Origin: Ekhidna sp.
GTDB lineage: Bacteria; Bacteroidota; Bacteroidia; Cytophagales; Cyclobacteriaceae
Length of the DNA stretch: 64,000 nt
Assembly (NCBI GenBank): GCA_045106975.1
Contig: JBGCFL010000026.1
Location: forward strand, 23,590 to 87,589
Reading direction: 5' to 3'
Shown: positions 8,468 through 16,890 of the stretch, piece after piece
How positions within the stretch are numbered: the stretch's first letter is position 1
Layout of the letters: each line of letters begins with the position of its first letter
Made by a program: the position numbers and the translations under genes
The notes under the pieces: generated by a model
Database searches by the model: none
The model's input: only the letters and a program-made list of their open reading frames with translations
What the model was told of the DNA's origin: nothing

Positions 8468-9586
8468 TCAATTTGAAAGATTCTTCATGAATGCTTCTTT
8501 GTTTTGAACTGGAGTGGTAGTAGGTCGTCCCAAATCAGCCCGTGAGCTTTCTGTTGTTCTTATTTCCAACAAAACTGGGCCTTCTGTTTTTTGAAATTGA
8601 TCCCAAACGGCAGGAAGTTGATCCATTTCAGTCACCAACCAGGTTTTTTTGTAGCCCGATGCATCTGCTATTTTTTGAAAGTCAATGGCGAACCCAACAG
8701 TAGCTTGACCTCCAACAGATTCATGGCAGCCATTGTTGATCAATATGTGCTTGTAATTTTTTGATGGTTGATTACCAATAATCGCTCCTGCTCCCATGTG
8801 CATAATGGTAGCACCATCGCCATCCAGGCAATATACAGGACGTTTTTTCTTACTAAGCGAAATGCCCAACGCTATCTGAGAGGCATGCCCCATTCCTCCA
8901 ACAGTAAGGAAGTCTTTGCCATGTCCCATCTGATTTTTAGCTCTAATCTCAAAAACTTCTCTTGAAGATTTTCCTGTAGTAGAAACCACAACAGCACTTT
9001 CTTCCATCCCTTTCAGCATCCACTCAATGACTTCTTCACGGTTAATTGAATAGGGATTCTCAACCTTCGTTTTAAGCTTATACTTTTCAAAGACTCCTTT
9101 TCTTACCAATAGGGCAAATGGAGTATTGTTTGAATTCATGGCCTCAAATGATTTTACCAATTGCTGTTTAGCCTCATCTTCATTATCTGAAAGAATGGCA
9201 TAATCAATCCCCATAGTTTGCAAAAGCTCTTCAGAAATTCTTCCTTGCTTCACATGCTGTGGCTCATCTTTCACCCCTGGTTCACCTCTCCATCCTATCA
9301 TAAGTAGCATTGGAATGGAGTATACATCAGAGTCAGCTAACGATGCTAAAGGATTTACGCAATTTCCAAAGCCAGAATTTTGCATATAAACTAAAGGAAT
9401 CTTGCCTGTAGCTAGATGATGTCCAACTCCAAGAGCGATTGCGCCACCTTCGTTTGCAGCAATAATATCTGTTCCTTCATCAGTAATAACTGAACAAAAA
9501 TCTTTTAGTAGAGAGTCTGGAACTCCAGCAGAAAACTCGACTCCCTGATTACGAATGGATTTTAGAAACTTCTGAGGATCTAGCAT
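8468..9586 (-). CDS. ppd: phosphonopyruvate decarboxylase (ThDP-dependent)
   Basis: 372 aa with the ThDP motif GDGATIMHMGAGAIIGN...INNGCHESVGGQ. Its size and its position between the PEP mutase and PhnW genes fit this call. Confidence 0.85.
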   Translation of the reverse strand: MLDPQKFLKSIRNQGVEFSAGVPDSLLKDFCSVITDEGTDIIAANEGGAIALGVGHHLATGKIPLVYMQNSGFGNCVNPLASLADSDVYSIPMLLMIGWRGEPGVKDEPQHVKQGRISEELLQTMGIDYAILSDNEDEAKQQLVKSFEAMNSNNTPFALLVRKGVFEKYKLKTKVENPYSINREEVIEWMLKGMEESAVVVSTTGKSSREVFEIRAKNQMGHGKDFLTVGGMGHASQIALGISLSKKKRPVYCLDGDGATIMHMGAGAIIGNQPSKNYKHILINNGCHESVGGQATVGFAIDFQKIADASGYKKTWLVTEMDQLPAVWDQFQKTEGPVLLEIRTTESSRADLGRPTTTPVQNKEAFMKNLSN

Positions 9587-9630
9587 TTAGAATTAATTTT
9601 TGATAGTAAGAACATTTTGAGTATTCAGCA

Positions 9631-10923
9631 CTAGTTTGGAAGAATAGTTAATATTTCTTTGATTGACATACAGAATTCGTCAGCTTCTTTTGACCTTTTG
9701 TGCGTTAAAATTGATTCTGCTGTTTTCTGCATAGCAGGGAATGCAGCTCTCAATAAGTGATTGGCATAAATGACAATACTGAAGCCAGCCTCATGTAGTT
9801 CTTCTTCTGTGAATTGGTTGTAAGAGGATGGTACAGACACAACAGGTACCTTGTATTCAAATTCCTGATATTTTTTCATGAATTCCATGATCTCACTTCC
9901 ATCTTTATGTCGACTGTGAATCATGATTGCGTCAGCACCAGCTTCTATATATGCTTTAGCTCTAGTAAGAGCATCTTCCATTCCATGTTCTGCTATTAAG
10001 CTCTCTAAACGAGCTATAACCATGAAATCTTCGGTGACTTGAGCCTTTTTACCTGTGTTGATTTTCTCACAAAAACCTTCAATAGTATCAAGTTCTTGCT
10101 TTACCTCAGTTCCGAAAAGTGAATTTCTCTTTAAGCCTACTTTATCTTCTATGATCACAGCGGAAACACCTAATCGCTCAAGGTTTCTAACAAGCATAGC
10201 AAAGTGTTCAGAAACACCGCCTGTATCGCCATCTAGAATGATTGGCTTTGTCGTCACATCCAATATGTCATTGATGGTATTGAATCGAGATGTTCTATCT
10301 ACATACTCTGTGTCTGGTTTTCCTTTTGCTGTAGAATCTGTCAATGAGCTTACCCACATTGCATCAAATTCTCTTACTTCACTTTCAGCGGCAATTGTTG
10401 TTTGCTCCACAATCAATGCTGAAATACCATTGTGAGTTTCCATTACTCTAACAATGTCTTTAGACTCTAAAAGTCTTCTCAGCATTCTTCTTCTTATGTC
10501 AGGCGTAGTACCTACTTCCTTCATCGCAGCTCTAAGGCCAGTTGATGAAATGCCTGAAGTGTATTCTGGTTCTACCAATTCTCCACCCCATTCAGCTAAT
10601 AGCTTTACAACTTTTTCACGGATATGCTTTTGTGGACCTGTTTTCCAATCACTTCCATGTACAACATAATCAGGCTTAAGTTTTCTTAAGTTTTCCTCAT
10701 AGTCGAGTACTTGCTGAGGAATAACTTCTTTTACGCCTTTTAAATTTTCAAGAATTTTTTTTCGCTCTTCGTAAGATAAAAAAGGAGTTCGGCTATACTT
10801 ACTTACTGCTTTATCAGACAAAAGTCCGACGGTTACTTCACCCAATTCTCTTGCAGTCTCTATTATATTGATGTGTCCGTGATGAATGAGATCTGTTCCC
10901 ATTCCTACATATACTGTCTTCAT
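9631..10923 (-). CDS. pepM: bifunctional cytidylyltransferase-domain / phosphoenolpyruvate mutase fusion
   Basis: The N-terminal ~130 aa carry HxGH (DLIHHGH) and GISSTGLR, which are TagD/ECT-type cytidylyltransferase motifs. The C-terminal ~290 aa belong to the isocitrate-lyase superfamily and carry the PEP-mutase signature EDKxxxxxNS ([12 protein letters not shown]). Confidence 0.85.
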   Translation of the reverse strand: MKTVYVGMGTDLIHHGHINIIETARELGEVTVGLLSDKAVSKYSRTPFLSYEERKKILENLKGVKEVIPQQVLDYEENLRKLKPDYVVHGSDWKTGPQKHIREKVVKLLAEWGGELVEPEYTSGISSTGLRAAMKEVGTTPDIRRRMLRRLLESKDIVRVMETHNGISALIVEQTTIAAESEVREFDAMWVSSLTDSTAKGKPDTEYVDRTSRFNTINDILDVTTKPIILDGDTGGVSEHFAMLVRNLERLGVSAVIIEDKVGLKRNSLFGTEVKQELDTIEGFCEKINTGKKAQVTEDFMVIARLESLIAEHGMEDALTRAKAYIEAGADAIMIHSRHKDGSEIMEFMKKYQEFEYKVPVVSVPSSYNQFTEEELHEAGFSIVIYANHLLRAAFPAMQKTAESILTHKRSKEADEFCMSIKEILTILPN

Positions 10924-11087
10924 TTTTTTCTTATTTATTCTGGTTACTCACACATTATATTTTCAAGTTATTGAAGGGGATGTTCTTGAATAAATGAATG
11001 AACTCTTTTCTTAACGAAAATTTAAATATTCTATCTTCGCACAAAGCTAAGGCGAAAGCGACAAAACGCCTCTTTAATTTAACTAAG

Positions 11088-11807
11088 ATGACGCAAACGA
11101 TTGAAACTGCTGTAATACTAGCAGCAGGCAGAGGCACAAGATTACAGCCATTCACTTTTGATATTCCCAAAGGATTTATGCCTGTAGGGGATGAGCGATT
11201 AATAGAGCGCTCTGTTAGACTGCTTAAAGAGAATGGCATTAAGAATATCATCATAGGAACGGGACACTTGCATGAGCATTATGTCAGGTTCGCTGAGGAG
11301 AATGGTCTTCAGACATTTCTTAGTCCTGACTTTGCGACTACAGGTAGTTTTCATACTCTTATTTTTGGTTCTGAACTTATAGAAGGTGATTTTTTGCTAT
11401 TAGAATCTGATTTGCTTTATCATTCAGATGCAATAAAAAGCCTTCTAAATTCATCGAATGACGATGTTATCCTGACGAGTGGATTTACTCAGTCAAATGA
11501 TGAAGTGTATGTTGAGATAGAAGGAGGAAAGCTGAAAAGTCTGTCTAAGAAAAAAGAAGAGCTAGCATCAATTGATGCGGAGTTAGTTGGGATTTGGAAA
11601 ATTTCGATGAGCCTACTTAATAAACTTAAAGAACATCACGCATCAGCGGCTGACGGGAAGAAAAAGGATTATGAAATTGCAATAGCAGCACTATCGGAAG
11701 TTTATCCTGTTGACGTTCTAAAGTTAGATGACTTGGCTTGGTGTGAGATAGATAATCAAGAACATCTAGAAAGAGCAAAAAAGAAAATACTCCCTAGGCT
11801 CGATTAA
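11088..11807 (+). CDS. LicC/PntC-like nucleotidyltransferase (candidate phosphonate or phospho-alcohol cytidylyltransferase)
   Basis: 239 aa from ATG 11088 with the N-terminal NTP-transferase loop AVILAAGRGTRLQPFT. Divergent from the pepM operon. Confidence 0.75.
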   Translation: MTQTIETAVILAAGRGTRLQPFTFDIPKGFMPVGDERLIERSVRLLKENGIKNIIIGTGHLHEHYVRFAEENGLQTFLSPDFATTGSFHTLIFGSELIEGDFLLLESDLLYHSDAIKSLLNSSNDDVILTSGFTQSNDEVYVEIEGGKLKSLSKKKEELASIDAELVGIWKISMSLLNKLKEHHASAADGKKKDYEIAIAALSEVYPVDVLKLDDLAWCEIDNQEHLERAKKKILPRLD

Positions 11808-12400
11808 GTCTTAGGCGCCTGCCAAAGCCCAGTTTGGGGATCTCTAGAACCGCCCGTGCCTAGGTAACCATACATTAATTCCAAGTAGCCCTTTGTGTTA
11901 TTTGGTACTGTTATTTCCAAGCCTAAAAATTCATCCTTTTTCAGCGGGTATACTAATTCTTTAGGAATGAGCTGTCTTTCATTTGGATAATTGGCGTCAA
12001 CAAATGTTCTAATATTTTCCTCTTTATCTTCATAAAAGAAGATATCGAAATCATACCCTTTGTATGAAAAATAAACTTTAGGACCTTCATGATTTGCTGA
12101 AGTATCATAGAATTTTAAGCCTTTAGGCATTTTATTTTTCAACTCTTTTATTTTCTCATAAGAGCTTTCCATCATGGCAACATCAATATCTACATCGTGA
12201 GGAATAATACCGCCTGACCTGTAATACCCCAATAATGTCCCAAAGTCTAACCAATAAGGCTCTCCAGTTTCCTTCAATAGGTCAATAGAAAGTCTATACA
12301 TCTCTTCTAAGACATGAATCTTTCTTTTTCTATATTGACCGGGCAATGCGAATAAAATTACATTTGCAATCCGTTGAATGTATTGGCTTAGGCGAATCAT
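11804..12400 (-). CDS. LicD-family phosphotransferase
   Basis: 198 aa with the LicD/fukutin-type block LDFGTLLGYYRSGGIIPHDVDIDVAM. Confidence 0.75.
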   Translation of the reverse strand: MIRLSQYIQRIANVILFALPGQYRKRKIHVLEEMYRLSIDLLKETGEPYWLDFGTLLGYYRSGGIIPHDVDIDVAMMESSYEKIKELKNKMPKGLKFYDTSANHEGPKVYFSYKGYDFDIFFYEDKEENIRTFVDANYPNERQLIPKELVYPLKKDEFLGLEITVPNNTKGYLELMYGYLGTGGSRDPQTGLWQAPKT

Positions 12401-12437
12401 AGAACAAAAAAAACGAAATCATTCAACTAATTGATCA

Positions 12438-13355
12438 TTGGAACAAAAAGAGATTCATAAACCTATCGATTTAGTCTACACTTGGGTAGATGGGGATGAT
12501 CCTGAATACAGAAAATTAGTAAATCAGTATTCGGAGAAACCAATTGATCTAAATCCAGAAAGAACTCGGGATATTTTTCAGCTAATGAAATTTAGTCTCA
12601 GGTCTGTTGAGAAATATGCTCCTTGGATTAATCATATTTATATCCTGACTTGTCGTCCTCAGTATCCTGCATGGTTAGATATTGATCATCCAAAGATATC
12701 GATCATTCATCATGATGAAGTTTTTGATTCCTCAGACATCCCAACTTTCAATTATAACGTGATTGAAAGCTATCTGCATAAAATTCCTAACCTGTCTGAA
12801 GATTTTATATATCTCAATGATGATTTTCTGTTTGGAAATAATGTATACCCATCTGATTTCTACTCAAAAGACAATAAGGTGCTGATCCATGGATCATTGC
12901 TTGGGGAGAATCTAGGATGGAGAATTTATAACAAAAAGAATGACATCCTTGGTCTTGGTCTTATAGAACATTCACCTCTTCTGATTAGGAAAAGGTGGTG
13001 GCAACAAATGCAAGACAGGAGAAAAGATTTAATTGATGATATCAAGTCTCATAAGTTTAGAGAAGGGACAGATGTGATGACCTACAAGCTTTATCGATGG
13101 TATTGTTTGAAATTTGAAAAGGAAAATGCAAAAGCGATAAAACTACCAGACTTATTAAAAATTCATTCCTTTCATAAAATCACTAATGATTTCAAAAAGC
13201 AAGAAAAAGCATTTAAAAAATTGGAGGAAAAGCAACCCAAATTCTATTGCCTAAATGATGATCAGGGAGATCGACCAAATCCAAAGGTGGTTGAGCTTGT
13301 TCAGGATTTTCTTCAAACACAGTACCCTAGCAAATCTTCATTTGAAAAGTATTAA
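12438..13355 (+). CDS. Stealth-family hexose-1-phosphate transferase-like protein
   Basis: Stealth CR1 (IDLVYTWVDGDDPEY), a CR2-like block (FSLRSVEKYAPWINHIYILT...PAWL) and YLNDDF. It has a TTG start, with no ATG upstream of CR1. Confidence 0.75.
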   Translation: MEQKEIHKPIDLVYTWVDGDDPEYRKLVNQYSEKPIDLNPERTRDIFQLMKFSLRSVEKYAPWINHIYILTCRPQYPAWLDIDHPKISIIHHDEVFDSSDIPTFNYNVIESYLHKIPNLSEDFIYLNDDFLFGNNVYPSDFYSKDNKVLIHGSLLGENLGWRIYNKKNDILGLGLIEHSPLLIRKRWWQQMQDRRKDLIDDIKSHKFREGTDVMTYKLYRWYCLKFEKENAKAIKLPDLLKIHSFHKITNDFKKQEKAFKKLEEKQPKFYCLNDDQGDRPNPKVVELVQDFLQTQYPSKSSFEKY

Positions 13356-13532
13356 TGCTATTTTTTAAATATTACTCGTTACTCTTAGGGGTTTTGTCGA
13401 AAACTTATTCCTAATAGATGTCATTACCCAGAAGGGTAAAGCTCCAAATTCAGATTGAAATTTTCAGGAAAAACAATTATTGTAAATTGGTGTGTTTGTG
13501 TAATAATACCGTTTTATATAAAAAAATTAAAT

Positions 13533-14117
13533 ATGTTATTCAACCTAATCATTGTTTGTCTTCATAAATTTTTCGGAAAGACTACTGACTTCTTTCTCAA
13601 CTATAAATATTTATTTCTCAGGAAGTATTATCAAAAAAGATGTCTTGATATAGGATCTGGAACTGGTCGTTTCGCAAAATATTTGCTGGACATGGGGCAT
13701 AAAGTCAACATGCTTGATGTAATAGATAAATCAGAATTTTCTGAGCTGGGTTTGACGCTTTTTGACGGGAAAAATATTCCATTTGATGATCAATCATTTG
13801 AAACATCTACAGTTATGTTTGTGCTGCATCACACTGATGATCAGGATGAGTTAATTGAAGAGTGTAAAAGAGTAACCTCTAAGTACATTATAATAGGTGA
13901 GGATGTAATTCAACATAATTTTGATAAGGTGCTAGGAAATATTCACTTAGGCACTTCTCCTTGGTCAAAAAGTAAAAATGGATTTAGGACTAGGGAGGGC
14001 TGGTTAGGCTTTTTTGAGCGTCATAAACTTCAGCTAGTTAAATCTGTATCTATCCCAAGATCTATTTACCCTATTTATCCAGTTTTTAGAGAAATTTTCG
14101 TCTTGAAAGTAGCCTAA
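13533..14117 (+). CDS. class I SAM-dependent methyltransferase
   Basis: 194 aa from ATG 13533 with SAM motif I CLDIGSGTGRFAKYL and the acidic post-I residue in NMLDV. The track ORF start at 13455 is a TTG. Confidence 0.75.
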   Translation: MLFNLIIVCLHKFFGKTTDFFLNYKYLFLRKYYQKRCLDIGSGTGRFAKYLLDMGHKVNMLDVIDKSEFSELGLTLFDGKNIPFDDQSFETSTVMFVLHHTDDQDELIEECKRVTSKYIIIGEDVIQHNFDKVLGNIHLGTSPWSKSKNGFRTREGWLGFFERHKLQLVKSVSIPRSIYPIYPVFREIFVLKVA

Positions 14118-14190
14118 ATGACTGTTTGGAGAGTGCAAGGTATTGTTTAGGCTGAAAGCTTGTTTTGATACAACTTTGCAAAAAAAAGCA

Positions 14191-14604
14191 ATGCCTCGAA
14201 TTTTATCTATTGATTATGGAGCCAAACGTACAGGATTAGCTGTTACAGACCCCATTGGCATTATCGCTACTGCTCTTGATGTTGTTGCTTCTCACCAATT
14301 GGAACAATACTTGAAAAATTATTTTGAAAAAGAAGAGGTAAGTGAAGTGGTGATTGGTATGCCAAAAAACACTGATGGAACACCAACTAATGCTACTCCA
14401 CTTGTTCAAGCATTTATCAATAGATTCAAAAAGGTTTTCCCTTCGAAGAGATTAGTTTTGCATGACGAGCGCTTCACGTCCAAAATGGCAATGGATGCAA
14501 TGATAGTGGGGGGGATGAAAAAGAAAGATAGAAGAGTAAAAGGAAACGTGGATAAAGTGAGCGCTACCATAATTTTACAATCTTATTTAGAGACTAAGTC
14601 ATGA
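14191..14604 (+). CDS. ruvX: Holliday-junction resolvase-like nuclease YqgF/RuvX
   Basis: 137 aa from ATG 14191 with N-terminus MPRILSIDYGAKRTGLAV. Overlaps def by 4 nt (ATGA). Confidence 0.85.
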   Translation: MPRILSIDYGAKRTGLAVTDPIGIIATALDVVASHQLEQYLKNYFEKEEVSEVVIGMPKNTDGTPTNATPLVQAFINRFKKVFPSKRLVLHDERFTSKMAMDAMIVGGMKKKDRRVKGNVDKVSATIILQSYLETKS

Positions 14605-15149
14605 TTTTTCCAATTGTACTGTATGGTGATCCTATCCTTAAGAAAAAGGCAAAGGAGGTAGAGCAAGGAGATGATTCTGTAAAAGAGTTTGTTGAACATA
14701 TGTTCGAAACCATGTATGCTGCACAGGGAGTAGGACTAGCAGCACCGCAGGCAGGGTTCTCATTGAGAGTGTTTGTGATAGATACTCGTCCTATGAGTGA
14801 GGATGAAGAAGAGGGTTTGAAGCAAGCGTTTATTAATCCCGAGATCATTGATGAAGATGGTGAGGCATGGGCTTTTGAAGAGGGATGTTTAAGCATTCCT
14901 GGTATCAGAGAAGATGTGAGTAGAAAGTCTAATGTAACGATTAGGTACTATGATGAAAATTGGGAAGAGCATGAGGAAGAGTATGATGATCTTATAGCTC
15001 GTGTTATTCAGCATGAATATGATCACATAGAAGGAAAATTATTCACTGATTATCTGACTCCATTTAAGAAGCGTTTACTGAAGGGTAAACTAGCCAATAT
15101 AAGCAAAGGCAAGGTAGATGCAGATTATCGAGTAAAACCTCCAAGATAA
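14601..15149 (+). CDS. def: peptide deformylase
   Basis: All three deformylase motifs are present: GVGLAAPQ, EGCLSIPG and HEYDH. Confidence 0.95.
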   Translation: MIFPIVLYGDPILKKKAKEVEQGDDSVKEFVEHMFETMYAAQGVGLAAPQAGFSLRVFVIDTRPMSEDEEEGLKQAFINPEIIDEDGEAWAFEEGCLSIPGIREDVSRKSNVTIRYYDENWEEHEEEYDDLIARVIQHEYDHIEGKLFTDYLTPFKKRLLKGKLANISKGKVDADYRVKPPR

Positions 15150-15273
15150 GCGACCCCCTTTTAACTTTCATTTACCTGTTAATATTCTATTAAATCTTGA
15201 AATAAGGTTTTTGATCGAATGATCGAAATCATTAATTCAATGGTGTTTTTTATCCTATATAAGCTGTCTCTAT

Positions 15274-16179
15274 TCATGATTTTATAGATTTAATGATGTA
15301 ATTAATGATAGCCTCATTTACAATGATCTTGTAATGACCTAAGCCTTTCACATGAACAAATTTTGCGTGAGGCCAATTTTTTTCTAAGTCTAATCCTTTC
15401 TCGAAGGGTATTACTTGGTCATCTTCACAATACAATAAATGGGTGTCTATTTCTTCTAAATCTGTTTTGTTTCTTAAATCAAAGTAGTCAATAGGTTGAT
15501 AGTAGTGATCTTCTACCATTTGACACATTGCTTCATAAACATTTGCATTGCACCCTACATCATCCACTATATCTTTAAAAAAGTAGCGAACATAAGGCGG
15601 ACCAGCAATGACGTAGAATTGCTTTGGGTGTAAAATTGAGGCAACTTCATTGAGTACTAATCCTGCGGCAATCGATCCCATTGAATATCCAATGACTATA
15701 TCGTACGGACCATTTTTGACTAGATGATTTTTTAGTATTTCTTTATACTCTGGTAAGGCAGTATGCTTCCCTTCTGAGTGACCATGAGCTCTTAAATCAA
15801 CTCCTTCTACAACATAGCCAGCAACAAGAAGTGCTTCTATAATTCTCCTAAAATCCGCTGTTTTCGATCTCCAACCATGGCAAAGGAGAACCTTTGGGCC
15901 AGATACTCCCCATTTATATGAAATGATTTTGTCACCCTTGTAATTGCTCTCAGAAATAACTGCTTTAGATATTAGCTCGTTTTGAGGTTCCGAAAACTTG
16001 ACTCTGCCAGGCATGGTGAAATAGTGCCATATGATCTCAGCCGATTTTTTCGGAGCAGCATGTTGTAAGACACTCAAACCCTTCTTAATCAATTCTATTT
16101 TCCAGTTAGTTTTCTCCGGTCTGTCACTTGGACGCTGTGTGTCAACGCCTTTCACATCAATTTTTGTTTTATTTTTCAT
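15274..16179 (-). CDS. alpha/beta-fold hydrolase
   Basis: 301 aa with the nucleophile elbow GYSMGS and an HGW oxyanion region (LLCHGWRS). Lies immediately downstream of the TetR gene. Confidence 0.75.
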   Translation of the reverse strand: MKNKTKIDVKGVDTQRPSDRPEKTNWKIELIKKGLSVLQHAAPKKSAEIIWHYFTMPGRVKFSEPQNELISKAVISESNYKGDKIISYKWGVSGPKVLLCHGWRSKTADFRRIIEALLVAGYVVEGVDLRAHGHSEGKHTALPEYKEILKNHLVKNGPYDIVIGYSMGSIAAGLVLNEVASILHPKQFYVIAGPPYVRYFFKDIVDDVGCNANVYEAMCQMVEDHYYQPIDYFDLRNKTDLEEIDTHLLYCEDDQVIPFEKGLDLEKNWPHAKFVHVKGLGHYKIIVNEAIINYIIKSIKS

Positions 16180-16180
16180 A

Positions 16181-16198
16181 ATATACCAATCGGTATTT
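16181..16198. promoter_or_regulatory. operator-like pseudo-palindrome ATATACC-N4-GGTATTT (copy 1, TetR-hydrolase spacer)
   Basis: atataccaatcggtattt lies 2 nt from the hydrolase start codon. A second copy at 16821-16838 matches 16 of 18 positions, differing only in the central 4 nt. Confidence 0.5.
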
Positions 16199-16216
16199 TT
16201 TTGATTAAAAAAATAG

Positions 16217-16810
16217 TTAGGAACTTATTTCTTCAATGGCATCATTCAAAAATTTTTTAACATAAGTATAAGATCTACCATCTCCTTCAATGCGAGATAA
16301 AGAAATGGCTCCCTGTATCATTGCAAAAAAAGAAACTGCAAATTTTTCCGCATCGGTTCCTTTTTTTATTTGTCCTTCTATCAATCCCCTAGTAATAATT
16401 TTAGTGAGTGATTCTTTAATCTGAGCAATGGTTCTAATGACCTTCGATCTTAAGAAAGGGAGGTTATCGTCTGCTTCAATAGAAGAATTTAAAACAGGGC
16501 ATCCGCCAATTATGGGAGGGTTATTAACATATTCAGCATAATAATCAACAATAGATTTCAACTTTAATGGTGCTGTAGATTTAATACGAACATGTTCGCT
16601 TATTTGACTTAGCACTATTGATACACCATGATCAAATGCGGCTGTTGCTACTTCATCCTTATTTTTAAAATTCCCATATATAGCACCTTTAGTAATCCCT
16701 GTGGCAGAGGTAATGTCAGATATAGATGCAGCATTATACCCCTTAGTGTTAAAGATAGGAAGTGCTTTATCAATGATTAATTGTCTTGTCAGTTCTGGAT
16801 TACGTCCCAT
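16217..16810 (-). CDS. TetR/AcrR family transcriptional regulator
   Basis: 197 aa with an N-terminal HTH (FNTKGYNAASISDITSATGITKGAIYGNFKNKDEV). Confidence 0.9.
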   Translation of the reverse strand: MGRNPELTRQLIIDKALPIFNTKGYNAASISDITSATGITKGAIYGNFKNKDEVATAAFDHGVSIVLSQISEHVRIKSTAPLKLKSIVDYYAEYVNNPPIIGGCPVLNSSIEADDNLPFLRSKVIRTIAQIKESLTKIITRGLIEGQIKKGTDAEKFAVSFFAMIQGAISLSRIEGDGRSYTYVKKFLNDAIEEISS

Positions 16811-16817
16811 TAGATCA

Positions 16818-16825
16818 CAAATATA
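16818..16825 (-). promoter_or_regulatory. candidate -7 box (TAtaTTTG) for the TetR gene
   Basis: The reverse complement of caaatata matches TAnnTTTG. It lies 8 nt upstream of the TetR ATG, implying a very short or absent leader, and overlaps operator copy 2. Confidence 0.3.
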
Positions 16826-16838
16826 CCGATTGGTATTT
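16821..16838. promoter_or_regulatory. operator-like pseudo-palindrome ATATACC-N4-GGTATTT (copy 2, upstream of TetR)
   Basis: atataccgattggtattt has ATACC/GGTAT arms identical to copy 1. It overlaps the candidate -7 box. Confidence 0.5.
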
Positions 16839-16872
16839 AAAGTATCAAATGTTATTTATAAAGCTTCTAAAA

Positions 16873-16890
16873 TAGTATGCATGCATACTA
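16873..16890. repeat. 18-bp perfect palindrome TAGTATGCATGCATACTA
   Basis: The sequence is its own reverse complement. It lies ~63 nt upstream of the TetR start, inside a ~330-bp stretch with no convincing ORF. Confidence 0.9.

Noticed and set aside
10055-10435. Antisense ORFs inside the pepM coding region, plus similar shadow ORFs such as 14594-14896, 27865-28119, 31408-31701, 35988-36299 and 37184-37633
   Set aside because: All lie opposite well-supported genes, have low-complexity or Ser/Leu-rich compositions typical of shadow frames in AT-rich DNA, and carry no motifs.
15205-15235. The hairpin AATGAT-cgaa-ATCATT between def and the hydrolase as a bidirectional terminator
   Set aside because: It has only a 6-bp all-A/T-rich stem and no clear U-tract on either strand.
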